Origin: a virus
Lineage: Duplodnaviria; Heunggongvirae; Uroviricota; Caudoviricetes
Direction: 5' to 3' (one strand)
IMG/VR virus record: IMGVR_UViG_3300048672_001143
Location: 1-11,883 of that record
DNA length: 11,883 bases
Every line of letters begins with the position of its first letter. The stretch's first letter is position 1. The position numbers and the translations under genes are program-made. This document shows, piece after piece, positions 1 through 6,775 of the stretch. The notes under the pieces are model-generated. The model saw nothing but the letters and a program-made list of their open reading frames with translations. It did not search any database and had not been told where the DNA came from.

Positions 1-249
1 TACTGTTCCAACAGATAAAGTAGAAGCCGAACCTGTGAGGGCTGTCGTAAAAGCCGTACTTGTTGAAACATTTCCTGCAGATAAAGTAGAAGCTGAACCT
101 GCGAGAGCTTCCGAATTATTGGCTACGATTGTTCCAGCAGATAAAGTAGAAGCTGAACCAGTAATAGAAAGCGTTACGTTCGGACTTCCCCCACTTGGCT
201 CAGGTAAAGTGGATAGTGGCTGTGTAGATAGTGGCGTGAAGCCTAACAC
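1..249 (-). CDS. Virion/fibre-associated repeat protein, N-terminal part (runs off window edge; absent from the ORF track)
   Basis: Manual translation from GTG at 249-247, 4 nt after the upstream TAA: MLGFTPLSTQPLSTLPEPSGGSPNVTLSITGSASTLSAGTIVANNSEALAGSASTLSAGNVSTSTAFTTALTGSASTLSVGTV, open to position 1. Ser/Thr/Gly/Ala-rich with three (I/L)xGSASTLSxG repeats. Confidence 0.8.
   Translation of the reverse strand, partial: MLGFTPLSTQPLSTLPEPSGGSPNVTLSITGSASTLSAGTIVANNSEALAGSASTLSAGNVSTSTAFTTALTGSASTLSVGTV
12..159. repeat. Three 22-nt direct repeats cagataaagtagaagc(c/t)gaacc
   Basis: Copies at 12-33, 78-99 and 138-159 (spacing 66 and 60 nt, both multiples of 3); they encode GSASTLS on the minus strand. 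Confidence 0.95.
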
Positions 250-253
250 TAGA

Positions 254-1168
254 TTACCAACAAATAATAGTTACAAACCCATTCCCACCACGACCACCAA
301 GCCCCGCGACGCTTGCAGTTAACGCGCCACCTGATCCGCCGCCGCCGCACCCCCAACCACCATCGCCGCCGATTGATTGTCGCAAACCTGCGCCGGTCGC
401 TGTTCCGTGGGTAGACGCGCCACCTGTTCCACCGTAGGCGAACGCAAGTCCGTTAAACGTATTAAAACCGTGCGACCCATTAGCGGCTGGGCTAGTTGCT
501 GTAGCCGAACCCACGCCCCCGCTTTGCGCGGGGTATAAGTTTGGTTGGGCCGGAACAACGAACGACCCCCCATTCGTTCCGGTCGCGGCTGCTGCAGGTA
601 AGCCGCCCCCACCCGTTCCACCCGTTACAGGTAAACCCGTCGCCGGTAATGTTAAGTTACCACCCGCGACGGCAACGCCCCCTATTATCCCAGCTTGCCC
701 GGCTAAAAAGGTATATGTACCCAATCCGGCTAAAGCGTTGGAGCCAATTGCAGGAAGTCCACCCGCTGCTCCTGCTGCTCCTGCGGTGGCTGCTGCTGCG
801 TTGCCACCGTTACCACCTGCGGCGCACCGTAATAAAAGATTATTAGCCGCTGTGGTTGGGTAACCAATCGCTATGAATGTATCTTGACCGGGAACCGGTG
901 CGGAAATATACATAATTTCCGGCAAGAACGTAACCGGAATCAATAAGTTAGCCCTCGCACCTGATCCACCACCACCACCACCCGCCGCCGCAGAGTTGGC
1001 ACCGATTGCACCGTTTCCACCATTCCCACCCGGACCCTGACAAATGATCATAGCCATTGTCACGCCGCGCGGCTTCGACCATATCTCATATTGGCCGATA
1101 CCCATTCCCGTAAACGTTTGAATGTCGTTTCGTTTGGTTTTTGGAAGGTGGGGCAAATCGACTTTCAT
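254..1168 (-). CDS. Glycine-rich phage virion/tail-fibre-like protein (304 aa)
   Basis: Poly-Gly tracts (GPGGNGGNG, AAAGGGGGGSG, GGGGSGG) and a C-terminal GGRGGNGFVTIICW ending typical of phage glycine-rich domain proteins; ATG directly follows the upstream TAA (TAAATG). Confidence 0.7.
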   Translation of the reverse strand: MKVDLPHLPKTKRNDIQTFTGMGIGQYEIWSKPRGVTMAMIICQGPGGNGGNGAIGANSAAAGGGGGGSGARANLLIPVTFLPEIMYISAPVPGQDTFIAIGYPTTAANNLLLRCAAGGNGGNAAAATAGAAGAAGGLPAIGSNALAGLGTYTFLAGQAGIIGGVAVAGGNLTLPATGLPVTGGTGGGGLPAAAATGTNGGSFVVPAQPNLYPAQSGGVGSATATSPAANGSHGFNTFNGLAFAYGGTGGASTHGTATGAGLRQSIGGDGGWGCGGGGSGGALTASVAGLGGRGGNGFVTIICW

Positions 1169-1603
1169 TTAGTATTTTCCAGCCATTGGGGTAACTGACC
1201 AACCCGCCGCAACAGCCGTGCCGAGTCCAACATATATTTTAAACGCTTGATCAATTACAAAACCGAGCGGGAAAAATAAAACAGGCCCAGTGATACCCGC
1301 AGCATTAGCGGTTGTAGCTGGCAACGCCAAGTCTCCGATATAGGTGTTATTCGCCGCTGTCGTATTGGCCGCACCATTATTAATAAAAATACGCGCCACC
1401 GAAGCTACGTTCGTTCCATTTGGGGTAAAACGCAACCCTTCGACGAAGCTTCCAAAAGTCCCAGCTGTGAACACTAAAACGTTATTTGCACCCGCGCCGG
1501 TGAAATCATTAGCCGCTAAAGTGATTGGTTGACCTAGTCCTGTTGCCCCGTCTTTTGTAACGGTCCCCGCGACTGAAAATATAGGCGTGTTATTCGCTGG
1601 CAT
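1169..1603 (-). CDS. Putative virion structural protein (144 aa, beta-rich)
   Basis: MPANNTPIF...GTNVASVARIFINNG...LPATT pattern resembles small phage structural proteins found beside Gly-rich genes; AAGG RBS in the 9-nt gap after the upstream stop. Confidence 0.6.
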   Translation of the reverse strand: MPANNTPIFSVAGTVTKDGATGLGQPITLAANDFTGAGANNVLVFTAGTFGSFVEGLRFTPNGTNVASVARIFINNGAANTTAANNTYIGDLALPATTANAAGITGPVLFFPLGFVIDQAFKIYVGLGTAVAAGWSVTPMAGKY

Positions 1604-1612
1604 GGTTAACCT

Positions 1613-1966
1613 TTACTGATAAGTTAAATAATTATTAACGGCATAATTAGTCGGCACAATAACATTAAGATGAAACGAGGGTATAGTTGCAAAAACGTCT
1701 TTAGTGCCTGCACTGAAATTAACCAATGCGTCAGCGTTACTCGATCGCAAAACGGTCGACCGTAGTAAAAACGTGCTTGAACTTATCGCACCAATCCCGA
1801 CTTCCCATTCAATCCCTGTTTGACCAACAATCGCATAATAAACCGATTCTCCGTTTGCAAACCGAGCCGAAAAAGCATCGAATTGAGCAACGGCACCCAA
1901 TAAAGTAATTAAACCCGTACCGGTCGACGTTGTTGTTTCTTTGACTCGATCGTTAAACGCTGGCAT
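1613..1966 (-). CDS. Stand-alone tail-fibre N-terminal-like domain protein (117 aa)
   Basis: DRVKETTTSTGTG...YYAI...EWEVGIG...VLRSSN..ALVNFSAGTKDVFATIP is a motif set I recognise as the N-terminus of many uncultured-phage fibre proteins; TAAGGT RBS overlaps the upstream stop. Confidence 0.7.
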   Translation of the reverse strand: MPAFNDRVKETTTSTGTGLITLLGAVAQFDAFSARFANGESVYYAIVGQTGIEWEVGIGAISSSTFLLRSTVLRSSNADALVNFSAGTKDVFATIPSFHLNVIVPTNYAVNNYLTYQ

Positions 1967-1975
1967 TTAAGAACC

Positions 1976-2434
1976 TTAAGCGAGCCTAATCAAGGCATTC
2001 GAGGCGTCGTTAGTCGGCATAGTAAGCGTAAAGTTACCCGCCGTTATAGTAGTTGCGCCGAAGGTGAACACGCCTACCGCGTTTTTACCGGCGGAAGTAT
2101 CGTTATAGATGGTAAGACAGTCAAAGGACGTGGCTAGTGTTACTGTGGTCCAGGTTAAAGAAGCACTGGGAGTCCAGAAAGCTGTAGTGCCGGAAGTTGT
2201 AGGCGCTGTGGCATTAGTAACCGCAGTCCCCGTAGCAGTGTAACCCGTACCCGATACCTCATTAGTAGCAGAATACGCCGTTGTACCGGCCCCCTGACTT
2301 CCTGAAGCTAGATACAAAGCCCCCTTGAATGAATCTTTTGTAGTGGTGCCCCGCACAACCGTAGTTCCGAAAGCATGCAAACCGTTTAATAGGTCTTGCT
2401 TAAAAGAGGTGCATAACGCTTGAGTATTGGCCAT
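1976..2434 (-). CDS. Conserved phage virion structural protein (152 aa)
   Basis: MANTQALCTSFKQDLL...FKGALY...GTTAYSATNEVSGTGYT...GNFTLTMP...ALIRLA matches a widespread phage structural family; GGGA RBS upstream. Confidence 0.7.
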   Translation of the reverse strand: MANTQALCTSFKQDLLNGLHAFGTTVVRGTTTKDSFKGALYLASGSQGAGTTAYSATNEVSGTGYTATGTAVTNATAPTTSGTTAFWTPSASLTWTTVTLATSFDCLTIYNDTSAGKNAVGVFTFGATTITAGNFTLTMPTNDASNALIRLA

Positions 2435-2464
2435 GATCTAAATTCCCAAAAATAAAATAAAATA

Positions 2465-2668
2465 TTAAAAAGTGGCTTGCTCTCCGAACAAATCCAACGG
2501 TTTTCTGTTATAGGCGTGCGTGCTGGACTTTACCAGCTCGTCTGCTAAATAATAATTCTCTGTGAACGTAGTAAAATCCTTTTGGTCGTTCCATATAGTT
2601 TCGTAACGTAAACCAGCTAAAGGCAAATTTCCCTTCGCGGTCCAAATCAATGGTTCTTCAGTATTCAT
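2465..2668 (-). CDS. Small conserved phage protein (67 aa); start revised from 2704 to ATG 2668
   Basis: GGAGA RBS 4-5 nt before ATG at 2668. LIWTAKGNLP...FTENYYLADELVKSSTH resembles a small family (TxKG..., EYW.dGELVhrS.H) that I recall neighbouring the MANTQA(L/M)CTSFK gene. Confidence 0.65.
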   Translation of the reverse strand: MNTEEPLIWTAKGNLPLAGLRYETIWNDQKDFTTFTENYYLADELVKSSTHAYNRKPLDLFGEQATF

Positions 2669-2694
2669 AGTATCTCCAGGTTGGTAACTTTTGT

Positions 2695-2703
2695 ATTGTA
2701 CCA
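2695..2703 (-). promoter_or_regulatory. Possible extended -10 promoter (TGgTACAAT)
   Basis: Minus strand reads TG-G-TACAAT in the intergenic gap ahead of the left structural cluster; no properly spaced -35 seen. Confidence 0.25.
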
Positions 2704-2725
2704 AATTTTTAGATAGCCGCCTAAA

Positions 2726-3340
2726 TCAATTGCCAACACGAGAATTTTGAATAACTTTAAGCTTCTCGATTCTTAAACTCTTTTTTTTTAAGGTGTCTAC
2801 GTTATCACGTATGGCATTTAAACTGGATTCTGTTATCATCATTTTCTCTAGTTCATAGAGTTTTTGAGAGTGATCCCTAACTTCTGTATCCAGGTTAGAT
2901 ATTTTATCAAAAGCTTTCTCCAGGGCTATATATTTCCAAAAAGCTCCGACGCTCAGTGCTACCGCAGAAGCGGCGAAAGTAGATACTAACCAGGAAATTA
3001 TCGTATTTCGGCCGGCTATTTTAGCCCTTTCGATATTTTCTTTATTTATCCGATCCGTATAAATATTTTCATGCTCATTCATCCGAGCTTCGTGCTGTTT
3101 AAGGATATCCGTTATGGATTGCCTATCCCTTCTAGCTTGTTCTTCCTGATTTTTGGCTTGCTCATTCTGGATGTGTAGGGTGCGCGTTATTTCTCGCAGT
3201 TCTTCATACATGCGTAAAAATAAGTTAACGGCCCCTTTATCCTCTTCAGTCGTGGCGGACTTATACAAAGTATCTATGTCTGCCCTCAAACTGTCGGTAA
3301 CTCTCCTGTTTTTATTGCTTGTAGATTCATCCGTTGTCAT
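2726..3340 (-). CDS. Single-pass membrane coiled-coil protein at the end of the lysis cassette (204 aa)
   Basis: One hydrophobic segment (TIISWLVSTFAASAVALSVGAFWKYIAL) between charged helical regions; ATGA overlap with the i-spanin stop. Confidence 0.7.
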   Translation of the reverse strand: MTTDESTSNKNRRVTDSLRADIDTLYKSATTEEDKGAVNLFLRMYEELREITRTLHIQNEQAKNQEEQARRDRQSITDILKQHEARMNEHENIYTDRINKENIERAKIAGRNTIISWLVSTFAASAVALSVGAFWKYIALEKAFDKISNLDTEVRDHSQKLYELEKMMITESSLNAIRDNVDTLKKKSLRIEKLKVIQNSRVGN

Positions 3341-3891
3341 TTATGCAAGCCCTCTACTTGATCCGCATAGGCATTAACTGCGTCTATATCCGCTTCGTAT
3401 TTGTTGTAGCACTCTTCCCGATCGACTACTACTTTGTCGGCGTCTGTGAATTTCCGTAAAAGAAATTCTGTAAGTCCGGCAGAAAGCTCGGGATGCTCTT
3501 CTTGTCCCGCAGTTTCAGAAACGCCGGTTTGGTTAGCCGTATCGGTTTGGCAGCTACGACGTTGCAATCTGCCTGGGTCGCGCAGGCCGCGATTTGCAAT
3601 AGCAGTACGGAGAGAAGACTCCAACGTATCAATTTTTTGAAGGGATTCACGTCTCGTTACCTCGACTTGCTGGGTTGATTCGGCCAATGTCTCTTGTAAC
3701 TTCGAGTTGGCGGCATTTAATTGGTCTTTAAGAACTGAAGCGGCTTTTATTTGCTCAGCTTGCTCCGCTCGCCAAGTATCGTTGACATACTTATAGGTGA
3801 TGTTAACCGTAGCGCCGGTATACGCAAGCAATACCGCTATCTCGATGGCCAATTTATACTGCGGTGGTATTAAAAGTCCTAGAAAGCTCAT
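3337..3891 (-). CDS. Inner-membrane spanin (i-spanin, Rz-like), 184 aa
   Basis: N-terminal hydrophobic anchor (LAIEIAVLLAYTGATV), long Q/E/K/A coiled coil, C-terminal ELSAGLTEFLL...AD...EC segment typical of i-spanins; lies downstream of the endolysin and contains a nested lipoprotein ORF. Confidence 0.85.
   Translation of the reverse strand: MSFLGLLIPPQYKLAIEIAVLLAYTGATVNITYKYVNDTWRAEQAEQIKAASVLKDQLNAANSKLQETLAESTQQVEVTRRESLQKIDTLESSLRTAIANRGLRDPGRLQRRSCQTDTANQTGVSETAGQEEHPELSAGLTEFLLRKFTDADKVVVDREECYNKYEADIDAVNAYADQVEGLHK
3429..3650 (-). CDS. Outer-membrane lipoprotein spanin (o-spanin, Rz1-like), fully embedded in the +1 frame of the i-spanin
   Basis: GTG start with GAGGT RBS 8 nt upstream; basic N-terminus (KK, R), hydrophobic core WSLLSVLLLQ, lipobox IAA-C23, short Pro-containing mature part; frame offset +1 as for lambda Rz1 within Rz. 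Confidence 0.85.
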   Translation of the reverse strand: MNPFKKLIRWSLLSVLLLQIAACATQADCNVVAAKPIRLTKPAFLKLRDKKSIPSFLPDLQNFFYGNSQTPTK

Positions 3892-3920
3892 GTTAGTAAG
3901 TAATAGATGAAGTAATATAT

Positions 3921-3949
3921 TAGATACAATATTATGACCGACATGTCAA
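3921..3949 (-). promoter_or_regulatory. Candidate sigma70-like promoter ahead of the spanin genes
   Basis: Perfect TTGACA at 3949-3944 overlapping the endolysin TGA; the hexamer at 17-nt spacing is TATCTA (weak), with TCTAAT at 19 nt; very AT-rich 54-nt gap. Confidence 0.3.
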
Positions 3950-4632
3950 ACTTCTCCTGTAATTAATACCCCTTGCGTCTTAAAGGGGACTTCTAATAGC
4001 CAGTTGCCTTCCGCTATCCTGGCAGCCATGCAGTCCATTCGGTATACGGTAGAATGTAAAATAGGGTTTTCTGCGGTAGCTAACCATGCCCTGCGCGCTT
4101 TTACATACGCTTTAATCCATTCTTTTTCAGCTCCCCCGGCCGCCGGTACTTTTTCAGAAAACTTTTCTCTGAGAAAATCGGGAACTCTCCCACTGTGGAT
4201 GTAAGAATCGTAGATAACTAGTGCCGATAGCGGCAAAGTGAAGCCATTTTTAGTCCCCCAGTTTATCGCGGGGATGTAATAACTCCCATCAAAAAACGTA
4301 TCTTGGGCCTGTTGCATAACGGGATCGGTGGAACCCGCTTGCTTTAGCTTGCTTTTAAAATTTATATCTTGGCTCAAGGGTTCTATACCTAATTTTGGTA
4401 AGTACGGCTTGAAATCTTCCGAGAATTTCCCCCCTAGTTCAATATACCGTAGTAATAGTTTTTTCAGATTGCCATATTCAGTAGTTTGAGATCGCCCAAA
4501 GGTGATCTGGGGTTTTTTACTTGGGCCGTCCTTCATAACCACTAAAGCATCGTACCGGCCGTGTAAAGTCCCGGTTTCGAAGGCATTTACGGTCTGTTCT
4601 ATAACGCGTTTCTGCTTAGTTGAAATGTCCAT
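3946..4632 (-). CDS. Endolysin, GH46 chitosanase/lysozyme-like fold (228 aa)
   Basis: NAFETG (catalytic Glu-like), DG...ITFGRSQTTEYGNL, QAQDTFFD..Y..PA, VIYDSYIHSG, E.EWI.AYV.ARRAWL, YRMDC motifs of GH46-like proteins; position between holin-like and spanin genes; no signal peptide. Confidence 0.85.
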   Translation of the reverse strand: MDISTKQKRVIEQTVNAFETGTLHGRYDALVVMKDGPSKKPQITFGRSQTTEYGNLKKLLLRYIELGGKFSEDFKPYLPKLGIEPLSQDINFKSKLKQAGSTDPVMQQAQDTFFDGSYYIPAINWGTKNGFTLPLSALVIYDSYIHSGRVPDFLREKFSEKVPAAGGAEKEWIKAYVKARRAWLATAENPILHSTVYRMDCMAARIAEGNWLLEVPFKTQGVLITGEV

Positions 4633-4802
4633 TAGTCTATCCTAAAGTATCGGATATCGTCATACTTCAAGGGGATTCGTGGATCTTCCTCGTCTATTAG
4701 CCTTTGAATCTCGTTTTCCGCGTCTTCTTGACTATGGACATTTATCGGTATCATTTGGTTTTGGGCATACTGCTCTTGCAGCATAAATCTTACAGCGATC
4801 AT
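4632..4802 (-). CDS. Small acidic protein B (56 aa; below the ORF-track cutoff)
   Basis: Manual translation MIAVRFMLQEQYAQNQMIPINVHSQEDAENEIQRLIDEEDPRIPLKYDDIRYFRID*; GGAG RBS 6 nt before the ATG; its TAA overlaps the endolysin ATG (TAATG); fills the gap exactly. Confidence 0.8.
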   Translation of the reverse strand: MIAVRFMLQEQYAQNQMIPINVHSQEDAENEIQRLIDEEDPRIPLKYDDIRYFRID

Positions 4803-4818
4803 TTATTTCTCCAGTTGT

Positions 4819-5001
4819 TTACTCTATATCAGTTTCTGCAAACAGTATATCATCCCAATTATCCGGCAGCTCCGGAGCCTCGGCTTCGATCATTATCGAT
4901 ACTAATTTCCTTGCCACGGTTTCCGTATCCGCATCGACGTACACCACCCCTTTGTAAGAGGGATGTCCTAAAAACAGGAATTGTACTTTCCAGCGTTTCA
5001 C
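4819..5001 (-). CDS. Small acidic protein A (60 aa)
   Basis: GTG start overlaps the stop of the holin-like gene (GTGA coupling); aligns without gaps to protein B. Confidence 0.75.
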   Translation of the reverse strand: MKRWKVQFLFLGHPSYKGVVYVDADTETVARKLVSIMIEAEAPELPDNWDDILFAETDIE

Positions 5002-5312
5002 TTAACTTCGTTCAGCGCTGCTGATGCATCTGGTGCTTTGTTGTATTTGTTATCAAAACCGTAGCCCGCTCCGAAAATTAGTCCTATTTCAATAAATCCT
5101 GGGTACCATCCGGTGGTGTGTATTGCCGCTGTTCCAAAGCAAGTAGCCACCATGGCGCCAGCCGCCTTCATTGTAGCCTTTTGCTCCTTGAAAATGTACT
5201 CGTACAAAGAACAAGAAGTCGTCATGTGATCAAACCTCTTCTCTTTGTAGTGGTACAACATGCCGGCGAAGGCGATCACTAATAATTCTAAAAATATGAC
5301 AAATTGGATCAT
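4998..5312 (-). CDS. Putative holin (104 aa, 2-3 hydrophobic segments)
   Basis: Hydrophobic stretches FVIFLELLVIAFAGMLY, AAGAMVATCFGTAAI and GFIEIGLIFGAGYG; charged C-terminus; first gene of the lysis cassette; AGGA upstream. Confidence 0.6.
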   Translation of the reverse strand: MIQFVIFLELLVIAFAGMLYHYKEKRFDHMTTSCSLYEYIFKEQKATMKAAGAMVATCFGTAAIHTTGWYPGFIEIGLIFGAGYGFDNKYNKAPDASAALNEVK

Positions 5313-5339
5313 AGCTTAATTTTCCTAAGTTTGCAGTTA

Positions 5340-5360
5340 AAAACCGTTCGTTTCGGTTTT
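5340..5360 (-). terminator. Weak hairpin/possible terminator aaaaccg-N7-cggtttt
   Basis: 7-bp inverted repeat 5340-5346/5354-5360 with only 3 GC pairs, followed by T's on the minus strand. Confidence 0.25.
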
Positions 5361-5410
5361 GAATTCTTTGGGGTACCCGTTTAACACATCGAGTTTATGC
5401 TTTACAGATT

Positions 5411-5442
5411 GGCTACGGCAGGAAGCTGGGATATCCGTAGCC
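5411..5442. repeat. 8-bp inverted repeat ggctacgg-N16-ccgtagcc
   Basis: Perfect inverted repeat 5411-5418/5435-5442 in the gap between the beta-helix gene and the holin; no adjacent U-tract. Confidence 0.7.
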
Positions 5443-5491
5443 GTTACCGATAAAATAAATACTAGCACAAATTTTAACATGTGTGGCCCCC

Positions 5492-6745
5492 TTATGTGGT
5501 TATATCCGCAGGAAAATTATCGATCAATCCGTTAAAAGAATTACCTATTTTCCTGTTCGTTGCTGAATTTGTTACGTGACTAGTTTCTTTTTGTACGGCT
5601 ACTTTTGTCTTACCTGTAGGACTAGTAAAAGTGTTATTTATAAGGCTTATGTCGGAAGATGTTCCGTTAGAACCCAAATCTATGGCTATTGAAGACCCCG
5701 CATTACCGGTTCCACAATCCGATAGCTCGTTATTGCTTATAGTTAAAGTGTCTACACTCGCTATTACTAAACCTTTTCCGCTTATACTCCCGTTAGTCTG
5801 AAGTTTATTGCCCGTAAAAAGAACATTGTATACCGTGGACGTATTCGAGAATCCTATGAAATTACTATCCGTGCAATTCGATATGTTGTTTCCGGTTACC
5901 GCTACGCCAGAACCTCCAATTACAGTAATACCTTTTACGCTATCGGATACGTTATTATTAGCCGCGGTATATGTATAGCCTACTATACTGGCATTGGCTC
6001 CTCTGGCATCATAATAGTTTAAAGCGACCTGACAATTGCTTAAAATATTGTCTTTAATGGTTATATTGCTCGGCTCTTGGGTAAACGCTGCATTTTTATA
6101 AAACACCGTTATAGCCCCGACGTTCCCCCCTATATCTAGCAGAGTGTTATTCCGTATTGTTATGTTTTTATTTATATCGGTAACCAGATTTGGTTCTATG
6201 TCGATAGCTCCCGGCATATCGTTTCTGGAACACCTTGTAAATATACAATTTTTTACTGTTAATCCGTCTACCGTTATGCTAGAAACAGCATTGCGGTTTT
6301 GTTTATTTACCCCGTCAAACAGGCATGAATCTACTACTACGTCCTGATTCGTCGTGCCAGCTGAATTAGAACCTAAATACACCCCATCCCCTTTCCATCC
6401 CGTAAACTGTACCGCCTGAAAAAGAACATTTCTGGCATTATTCGTAAATACTAGGTGCGTATGCTCTTCAAATATCGGGGCATCTGAAAATCCTCGGATC
6501 TGTAGGGACTTGAAAGTAACTCCAGAGGCTCCGACTATATTTATAGAATTTGTTCCGGCTACTGCAGTGGGTGATTGCTTAATAATAGTCGCGCTGCCAT
6601 CTCCGAAGATAGTTACGGATTTAGAAATTAAAAGTTTATCGACTATATAAACTCCGGCGGGTACATATATTAACGAGCCGGTATTTATAGCGCTGTAAAA
6701 AGCTAGTGTGGAATCCGTTGTTCCAGTTCCATCCGCTTTAAACAT
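5492..6745 (-). CDS. Pectate-lyase-like right-handed beta-helix protein (tailspike/depolymerase-like), 417 aa from first ATG
   Basis: FKADGTGTTDSTLAF...GSLIYVPAGVYIV opening motif of Pectate_lyase_3-type domains; many Asn/Ile/Val beta-helix turns (ITIRNNTL, ITIKDNIL, VAVTGNNISNC, LTISNNEL); GDG and AIDIEPN motifs. True start uncertain (see findings). Confidence 0.85.
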   Translation of the reverse strand: MFKADGTGTTDSTLAFYSAINTGSLIYVPAGVYIVDKLLISKSVTIFGDGSATIIKQSPTAVAGTNSINIVGASGVTFKSLQIRGFSDAPIFEEHTHLVFTNNARNVLFQAVQFTGWKGDGVYLGSNSAGTTNQDVVVDSCLFDGVNKQNRNAVSSITVDGLTVKNCIFTRCSRNDMPGAIDIEPNLVTDINKNITIRNNTLLDIGGNVGAITVFYKNAAFTQEPSNITIKDNILSNCQVALNYYDARGANASIVGYTYTAANNNVSDSVKGITVIGGSGVAVTGNNISNCTDSNFIGFSNTSTVYNVLFTGNKLQTNGSISGKGLVIASVDTLTISNNELSDCGTGNAGSSIAIDLGSNGTSSDISLINNTFTSPTGKTKVAVQKETSHVTNSATNRKIGNSFNGLIDNFPADITT

Positions 6746-6775
6746 AAGTACATTTACGGACTCACCCGCCGCCAG

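Noticed and set aside
12-159. CRISPR array or iteron set
   Set aside because: Only three 22-nt units, not palindromic, in-frame periods, and fully explained by a peptide repeat in a minus-strand ORF.
35-846. Plus-strand ORFs 35-322 and 541-846 and minus-strand ORF 319-621
   Set aside because: Antisense or alternate-frame shadows of the repeat and Gly-rich genes (GC-rich, stop-poor codons); no RBS and no coherent protein features.
2669-2704. Longer N-terminus (start 2704) for the 79-aa ORF
   Set aside because: The upstream start is a non-ATG codon without an RBS, while ATG 2668 has a well-spaced GGAGA.
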